Shown: piece by piece, positions 55,920-64,000 of the stretch | How the letters are laid out: the number at the start of each line of letters is the position of its first letter | Numbering within the stretch: the stretch's first letter is position 1 | Assembly (NCBI GenBank): GCA_043228905.1 | Contig: JBHGNT010000043.1 | Span: forward strand, 62,001-126,000 | Length of the DNA stretch: 64,000 nucleotides | DNA from: Azolla caroliniana | Taxonomy: Eukaryota > Plantae > Polypodiophyta | Direction of reading: 5' to 3' | The notes under the pieces: model-generated | The model's database searches: none | What the model was told of the DNA's origin: nothing | The model's input: the letters and a program-made list of their open reading frames with translations, nothing else | Position numbers and translations under genes: made by a program

Positions 55920-58900
55920 CGACCTGAGTTTCAAATTCTTGATTTTTTAATTCCATATCATAGGTAGCGTTGTCAGGTTCGATTCGGATGTTTGAACACG
56001 AAAATCCGATATCACACGAGCCACGTATGAACATTTTAATTTAGCTACTAGCTCTTCTCAACCACCTCCTCAAATTTGGTAATTTCGTCATGTCTCTCGA
56101 CCTGAGTTTCAAAATCTTGATTTTTTAAATCCATATCATAGCTAGCGTTGTTAGCTTCGATTCGGAGGTTTGAACACTAAAATCCGATATCACACGAGCC
56201 ACATATGAACATTTTAATTTACTCACGCGCTCTTCTCAACCACCTCCTCAAATTTGGTAATTTCGTCATGTCTCTCGACCTGAGTTTCAAAATCTTTATT
56301 TTTTAATTCCATATCATAGGTAGCGTTGTTAGTTTCGATTCGCATGTTTGAACACAAATATCCGATATCACACGAGCGAGGTATCAACATTTTAATTTAG
56401 CTACTAGCTCTTCTCAACCACCTCCTCAAATTTGGTAATTTCGTCATGTCTCTCGACCTGAGTTTCAAAATCTTGATTTTCTAAATCCATATCATAGCTA
56501 GCGTTGTTAGCTTCGATTCGGAGTTTGAACACTAAAATCCGACATCACACGAGCCACATATGAACATTTTAATTTACTCACGCGCTCTTCTCAACCACCT
56601 CCTCAAATTTGGTAATTTCGTCATGTCTCTCGACCTGAGTTTCAAAATCTTGATTTTTTAATTCCATATCATAGCTAGCGTTGTTAGTTTCGATTTGCAT
56701 GTTTGAACACAAAAATCCGATATCACACGAGCCACGTATGAACATTTTAATTTACTCACGCGCTCTTCTCAACCACCTCCTCAAATTTGGTAATTTCGTC
56801 ATGTCTCTCGACCTGAGTTTCAAATTCTTGATTTTTTAAATCAATATCATAGCTAGCGTTGTTAGCTTCGATTCGGAGGTTTGAACACTAAAATCCGATA
56901 TCACACGAGCCACATATGAACATTTTAATTTACTCACGCGCTCTTCTCAACCACCTCCTCAAATTTGGTAATTTCTTCATGTCTCTCGACCTGAGTTTCA
57001 AAATCTTGATTTTTTAATTCTATATCATAGCTAGCGTTGTTAGCTTCGATTCGCATGTTTGAACACAAAAATCTGATATCACACGAGCCACGTATGAACA
57101 TTTTAATTTACTCACGCGCTCTTCTCAACTCCCTCCTCAAATTTGCTAATTTCGTCATGTCTCTCTACCTGAGTTTCAAAATTTTGATTTTTTAATTCGA
57201 TATCATAGCTAGCGTTGTTAGTTTCGATTTGCATGTTTGAACACAAAAATCCGATATCACACGAGCCACGTATGAAAATTTTAATTTACTCACGCGCTCT
57301 TCTCAACTCCCTCCTCAAATTTGCTAATTTCGTCATGTCTCTCGACCTGAGTTTCAAAATCTTGATTTTTTAATTCCATATCATAGGTAGCGTTGTCAGT
57401 TTCGATTCGGATGTTTGAACACGAAAATCCGATATCACACGAGCCACGTATGAACATTTTAATTTAGCTACTAGCTCTTCTCAACCACCTCCTCAAATTT
57501 GGTAATTTCGTCATGTCTCTCGACCTGAGTTTCAAAATCTTGATTTTTTAAATCCATATCATAGCTAGCGTTGTTAGCTTCGATTCGGAGGTTTGAACAC
57601 TAAAATCCGATATCACACGAGCCACATATGAACATTTTAATTTACTCACGCGCTCTTCTCAACCACCTCCTCAAATTTGGTAATTTCGTCATGTCTCTCG
57701 ACCTGAGTTTCACAATCTTTATTTTTTAATTCCTTATCATAGGTAGCGTTGTTAGTTTCGATTCGCATGTTTGAACACAAATATCCGATATCACACGAGC
57801 GAGGTATCAACATTTTAATTTAGCTACTAGCTCTTCTCAACCACCTCCTCAAATTTGGTAATTTCGTCATGTCTCTCGACCTGAGTTTCAAAATCTTGAT
57901 TTTTTAATTCTATATCATAGCTAGCGTTGTTAGCTTCGATTCGGAGGTTTGAACACTAAAATCCGATATGACACGAGCCACATATGAACATTTTAATTTA
58001 CTCACGCGCTCTTCTCAACCACCTCCTCAAATTTAGTAATTTCGTCATGTCTCTCGACCTGAGTTTCAAAATCTTGATTTTCTAATTCTATATCATAGCT
58101 AGCGTTGTTAGCTTCGATTCGGAGGTTTGAACACTAAAATCCGATATCACACGAGCCACATATGAACATTTTAATTTACTCACGCGCTCTTCTCAACCAC
58201 CTCCTCAAATTTGGTAATTTCGTCATGTCTCTCGACCTGAGTTTCACAATCTTGATTTTTTAATTCCATATCATAGCTAGCGTTGTTAGTTTCGATTTGC
58301 TTGTTTGAACACAAAAATCCGATATCACACGAGCCACGTATGAACATTTTAATTTAGCTACTAGCTCTTCTCAACCACCTCCTCAAATTTGGTAATTTCT
58401 TCATGTCTCTTGACCTGAGTTTCAAAATCTTGGTTTTTTAATTCTATATCATAGCTAGCGTTGTCGATTCGCATGTTTGAACACAAATATCCGATATCAC
58501 ACGAGCCACATATGAACATTTTAATTTACTCACTAGCTCTTCTCAACCACCTCCTCAAATTTGGTAATTTCGTCATGTCTCTTGACCTGAGTTTCAAATT
58601 CTTGATTTTTTAATTCCATATCATAGGTAGCGTTGTCAGGTTCGATTCGGATGTTTGAACACGAAAATCCGATATCACACGAGCCACGTATGAACATTTT
58701 AATTTAGCTACTAGCTCTTCTCAACCACCTCCTCAAATTTGGTAATTTCGTCATGTCTCTCGACCTGAGTTTCAAAATCTTGATTTTTTAAATCCATATC
58801 ATAGCTAGCGTTGTTAGCTTCGATTCGGAGGTTTGAACACTAAAATCCGATATCACACGAGCCACATATGAACATTTTAATTTACTCACGCGCTCTTCTC

Positions 58901-61130
58901 AACCACCTCCTCAAATTTGGTAATTTCGTCATGTCTCTCGACCTGAGTTTCAAAATCTTTATTTTTTAATTCCATATCATAGGTAGCATTGTTAGTTTCG
59001 ATTCGCATGTTTGAACACAAATATCCGATATCACACGAGCGAGGTATCAACATTTTAATTTAGCTACTAGCTCTTCTCAACCACCTCCTCAAATTTGGTA
59101 ATTTCGTCATGTCTCTCGACCTGAGTTTCAAAATCTTGATTTTCTAAATCCATATCATAGCTAGCGTTGTTAGCTTCGATTCGGAGTTTGAACACTAAAA
59201 TCCGACATCACACGAGCCACATATGAACATTTTAATTTACTCACGCGCTCTTCTCAACCACCTCCTCAAATTTGGTAATTTCGTCATGTCTCTCGACCTG
59301 AGTTTCAAAATCTTGATTTTTTAATTCCATATCATAGCTAGCGTTGTTAGTTTCGATTTGCATGTTTGAACACAAAAATCCGATATCACACGAGCCACGT
59401 ATGAACATTTTAATTTACTCACGCGCTCTTCTCAACCACCTCCTCAAATTTGGTAATTTCGTCATGTCTCTCGACCTGAGTTTCAAATTCTTGATTTTTT
59501 AAATCAATATCATAGCTAGCGTTGTTAGCTTCGATTCGGAGGTTTGAACACTAAAATCCGATATCACACGAGCCACATATGAACATTTTAATTTACTCAC
59601 GCGCTCTTCTCAACCACCTCCTCAAATTTGGTAATTTCTTCATGTCTCTCGACCTGAGTTTCAAAATCTTGATTTTTTAATTCTATATCATAGCTAGCGT
59701 TGTTAGCTTCGATTCGCATGTTTGAACACAAAAATCCGATATCACACGAGCCACGTATGAACATTTTAATTTACTCACCCGCTCTTCTCAACTCCCTCCT
59801 CAAATTTGCTAATTTCGTCATGTCTCTCTACCTGAGTTTCAAAATTTTGATTTTTTAATTCGATATCATAGCTAGCGTTGTTAGTTTCGATTTGCATGTT
59901 TGAACACAAAAATCCGATATCACACGAGCCACGTATGAAAATTTTAATTTACTCACGCGCTCTTCTCAACTCCCTCCTCAAATTTGCTAATTTCGTCATG
60001 TCTCTCGACCTGAGTTTCAAAATCTTGATTTTTTAATTCCATATCATAGGTAGCGTTGTCAGTTTCGATTCGGATGTTTGAACACGAAAATCCGATATCA
60101 CACGAGCCACGTATGAACATTTTAATTTAGCTACTAGCTCTTCTCAACCACCTCCTCAAATTTGGTAATTTCGTCATGTCTCTCGACCTGAGTTTCAAAA
60201 TCTTGATTTTTTAAATCCATATCATAGCTAGCGTTGTTAGCTTCGATTCGGAGGTTTGAACACTAAAATCCGATATCACACGAGCCACATATGAACATTT
60301 TAATTTACTCACGCGCTCTTCTCAACCACCTCCTCAAATTTGGTAATTTCGTCATGTCTCTCGACCTGAGTTTCACAATCTTTATTTTTTAATTCCTTAT
60401 CATAGGTAGCGTTGTTAGTTTCGATTCGCATGTTTGAACACAAATATCCGATATCACACGAGCGAGGTATCAACATTTTAATTTAGCTACTAGCTCTTCT
60501 CAACCACCTCCTCAAATTTGGTAATTTCGTCATGTCTCTCGACCTGAGTTTCAAAATCTTGATTTTTTAATTCTATATCATAGCTAGCGTTGTTAGCTTC
60601 GATTCGGAGGTTTGAACACTAAAATCCGATATGACACGAGCCACATATGAACATTTTAATTTACTCACGCGCTCTTCTCAACCACCTCCTCAAATTTAGT
60701 AATTTCGTCATGTCTCTCGACCTGAGTTTCAAAATCTTGATTTTCTAATTCTATATCATAGCTAGCGTTGTTAGCTTCGATTCGGAGGTTTGAACACTAA
60801 AATCCGATATCACACGAGCCACATATGAACATTTTAATTTACTCACGCGCTCTTCTCAACCACCTCCTCAAATTTGGTAATTTCGTCATGTCTCTCGACC
60901 TGAGTTTCACAATCTTGATTTTTTAATTCCATATCATAGCTAGCGTTGTTAGTTTCGATTTGCTTGTTTGAACACAAAAATCCGATATCACACGAGCCAC
61001 GTATGAACATTTTAATTTAGCTACTAGCTCTTCTCAACCACCTCCTCAAATTTGGTAATTTCTTCATGTCTCTTGACCTGAGTTTCAAAATCTTGGTTTT
61101 TTAATTCTATATCATAGCTAGCGTTGTTAG
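55920..61130. repeat. ~2663-bp 15-monomer tandem duplication of a different subfamily
   Basis: gtcaggttcg marker at 55974/58637 and tccttatc at 57731/60394, both 2663 apart (15x178 minus a 1-bp and a 6-bp deletion). Confidence 0.85.
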
Positions 61131-63910
61131 CTTCGATTCGCATGTTTGAACACAAAAATCCGATATCACACGAGCCACGTATGAACATTTTAATTTACTC
61201 ACGCGCTCTTCTCAACTCCCTCCTCAAATTTTCTAATTTCGTCATGTCTCTCTACCTGAGTTTAAAAATTTTGATTTTTTAATTCGATATTATAGCTAGC
61301 GTTGTTAGTTTCGATTTGCATCTTTGAACACAAAAATCCGATATCACACGAGCCACGTATGAAAATTTTAATTTACTCACGCGCTCTTCTCAACTCCCTC
61401 CTCAAATTTGCTAATTTCGTCATGTCTCTCGACCTGAGTTTCAAAATCTTGATTTTTTAATTCCATATCATAGGTAGCGTTGTCAGTTTCGATTCGGATG
61501 TTTGAACACGAAAATCCGATATCACACGAGCCACGTATGAACATTTTAATTTAGCTACTAGCTCTTCTCAACCACCTCCTCAAATTTGGTAATTTCGTCA
61601 TGTCTCTCGACCTGAGTTTCAAAATCTTGATTTTTTAAATCCATATCATAGCTAGCGTTGTTAGCTTCGATTCGGAGGTTTGAACACTAAAATCCGATAT
61701 CACACGAGCCACATATGAACATTTTAATTTACTCACGCGCTCTTCTCAACCACCTCCTCAAATTTGGTAATTTCGTCATGTCTCTCGACCTGAGTTACAA
61801 AATCTTGATTTTTTAATTCCATATCATAGGTAGCGTTGTTAGTTTCGATTCGCATGTTTGAACACAAAAATCCGATATCACACGAGCCAGGTATCAACAT
61901 TTTAATTTAGCTACTAGCTCTTCTCAACCACCTCCTCAAATTTGGTAATTTCGTCATGTCTCTCGACCTGAGTTTCAAAATCTTGATTTTTTAATTCCAT
62001 ATCATAGGTAGCGTTGTCAGGTTCGATTCGGATGTTTGAACACGAAAATCCGATATCACACGAGCCACGTATGAACATTTTAATTTAGCTACTAGCTCTT
62101 CTCAACCACCTCCTCAAATTTGGTAATTTCTTCATGTCTCTTGACCTGAGTTTCAAAATCTTGGTTTTTTAATTCTATATCATAGCTAGCGTTGTTAGCT
62201 TCGATTCGCATGTTTGAACACAAAAATCCGATATCACACGAGCCACGTATGAACATTTTAATTTACTCACGCGCTCTTCTCAACTCCCTCCTCAAATTTG
62301 CTAATTTCGTCATGTATCTCTACCTGAGTTTCAAAATCTTGATTTTTTAATTCCATATCATAGCTAGCGTTGTTAGTTTCGATTTGCATGTTTGAACACA
62401 AAAATCCGATATCACACGAGCCACGTATGAAAATTTTAATTTGGCTACTAGCTCTTCTCAACCACCTCCTCAAATTTAGTAATTTCGTCATGTCTCTCGA
62501 CCTGAGTTTCAAAATCTTGATTTTTTAATTCTATATCATAGCTAGCGTTGTTAGCTTCGATTCGGAGGTTTGAACACTAAAATCCGATATCACACGAGCC
62601 ACGTATGAACATTTTAATTTAGCTACTAGCTCTTCTCAACCACCTCCTCAAATTTGGTAATTTCGTCATGTCTCTCGACCTGAGTTTCAAAATCTTGATT
62701 TTTTAAATCAATATCATAGCTAGCGTTGTTAGCTTCGATTCGGAGGTTTGAACACAAAAATCCGATATCACACGAGCCACATATGAACATTTTAATTTAC
62801 TCACGCGCTCTTCTCAACCACCTCCTCAAATTTGGTAATTTCTTCATGTCTCTCGACCTGAGTTTCAAAATCTTGATTTTTTAATTCTATATCATAGCTA
62901 GCGTTGTTAGCTTCGATTCGCATGTTTGAACACAAAAATCCGATATCACACGAGCCACGTATGAACATTTTAATTTACTCACGCGCTCTTCTCAACTCCC
63001 TCCTCAAATTTTCTAATTTCGTCATGTCTCTCTACCTGAGTTTAAAAATTTTGATTTTTTAATTCGATATCATAGCTAGCGTTGTTAGTTTCGATTTGCA
63101 TCTTTGAACACAAAAATCCGATATCACACGAGCCACGTATGAAAATTTTAATTTACTCACGCGCTCTTCTCAACTCCCTCCTCAAATTTGCTAATTTCGT
63201 CATGTCTCTCGACCTGAGTTTCAAAATCTTGATTTTTTAATTCCATATCATAGGTAGCGTTGTCAGTTTCGATTCGGATGTTTGAACACGAAAATCCGAT
63301 ATCACACGAGCCACGTATGAACATTTTAATTTAGCTACTAGCTCTTCTCAACCACCTCCTCAAATTTGGTAATTTCGTCATGTCTCTCGACCTGAGTTTC
63401 AAAATCTTGATTTTTTAAATCCATATCATAGCTAGCGTTGTTAGCTTCGATTCGGAGGTTTGAACACTAAAATCCGATATCACACGAGCCACATATGAAC
63501 ATTTTAATTTACTCACGCGCTCTTCTCAACCACCTCCTCAAATTTGGTAATTTCGTCATGTCTCTCGACCTGAGTTTCAAAATCTTGATTTTTTAATTCC
63601 ATATCATAGGTAGCGTTGTTAGTTTCGATTCGCATGTTTGAACACAAAAATCCGATATCACACGAGCCAGGTATCAACATTTTAATTTAGCTACTAGCTC
63701 TTCTCAACCACCTCCTCAAATTTGGTAATTTCGTCATGTCTCTCGACCTGAGTTTCAAAATCTTGATTTTTTAATTCCATATCATAGGTAGCGTTGTCAG
63801 GTTCGATTCGGATGTTTGAACACGAAAATCCGATATCACACGAGCCACGTATGAACATTTTAATTTAGCTACTAGCTCTTCTCAACCACCTCCTCAAATT
63901 TGGTAATTTC
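61100..63910. repeat. Segment duplicated at a 1780-bp (10-monomer) offset
   Basis: Private variants ttttcta/tttaaaaatt/catctttg at ~61231 and ~63011; gtcagg at 62018 and 63798; offsets 1780 = 10x178. Confidence 0.85.
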
Positions 63911-64000
63911 GTCATGTCTCTCGACCTGAGTTTCAAAATCTTGATTTTTTAAATCCATATCATAGCTAGCGTTGTTAGCTTCGATTCGGAGGTTTGAACA

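Larger units (their letters stand above)
1..64000. repeat. Tandem satellite array, 178-bp monomer, ~360 head-to-tail copies, probably centromeric or pericentromeric; runs off both window edges
   Basis: ATCATAG recurs at 1, 179 and 357 and keeps that period to the end. Approximate consensus: atcatagctagcgttgttagYttcgattcgcatgtttgaacacaaaaatccgatatcacacgagccacRtatgaacattttaattt(agctacta/actcacgc)gctcttctcaaccacctcctcaaatttggtaatttcgtcatgtctctcgacctgagtttcaaaatcttgattttttaattccat. ORF-track spacings are multiples of 178 apart from small indels. The centromeric role is inference. Confidence 0.99.

Noticed and set aside
623-62512. Dozens of near-identical 76-113 aa minus-strand ORFs as a multicopy gene family
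   Set aside because: They lie wholly within satellite monomers. 178 is not a multiple of 3, so each 81-aa ORF reads the same DNA in two frames. They appear only where a variant (aaaattttaatttggc) or the deletion removes a stop, begin at non-ATG codons and show no recognisable domain.
1-64000. CRISPR array or repeat-spacer system
   Set aside because: There are no unique spacers; the full 178 bp is repeated with only point variants, and no cas genes or leader are present.
1-64000. Tandem 5S rRNA, tRNA, snRNA or spliced-leader gene array
   Set aside because: I see no recognisable 5S, tRNA cloverleaf or snRNA sequence on either strand. An Infernal/Rfam scan would be the formal test.
1-64000. 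Transposon insertion, inversion or telomeric repeat within the array
   Set aside because: On reading through, every segment matched the monomer in the same orientation; I saw no foreign sequence, terminal repeats or target-site duplications.

Overview
The whole 64 kb window is one uninterrupted, head-to-tail satellite DNA array of a 178-bp monomer (about 360 copies, ~36-37% GC by hand count of one consensus). All copies are in the same orientation, and I saw no unique sequence, transposon, RNA gene or credible protein-coding gene. Monomer length, homogeneity and higher-order structure resemble eukaryotic centromeric or pericentromeric satellites, but I do not recognise the family or species; it does not look like Arabidopsis CEN178 or primate alpha satellite. 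Every listed ORF is a by-product of the repeat. The informative structure is internal: two monomer classes, a patchwork of local higher-order repeats (4-, 5-, 8-, 10-, 12-, 15-mers), eight copies of a 99-bp truncated monomer, three copies of a monomer with a substitution cluster, a diverged zone near 47-51.6 kb, and datable duplication junctions. I found no evidence for a novel gene-based system; the findings concern satellite architecture and evolution. Offsets were counted by hand and block boundaries are approximate.
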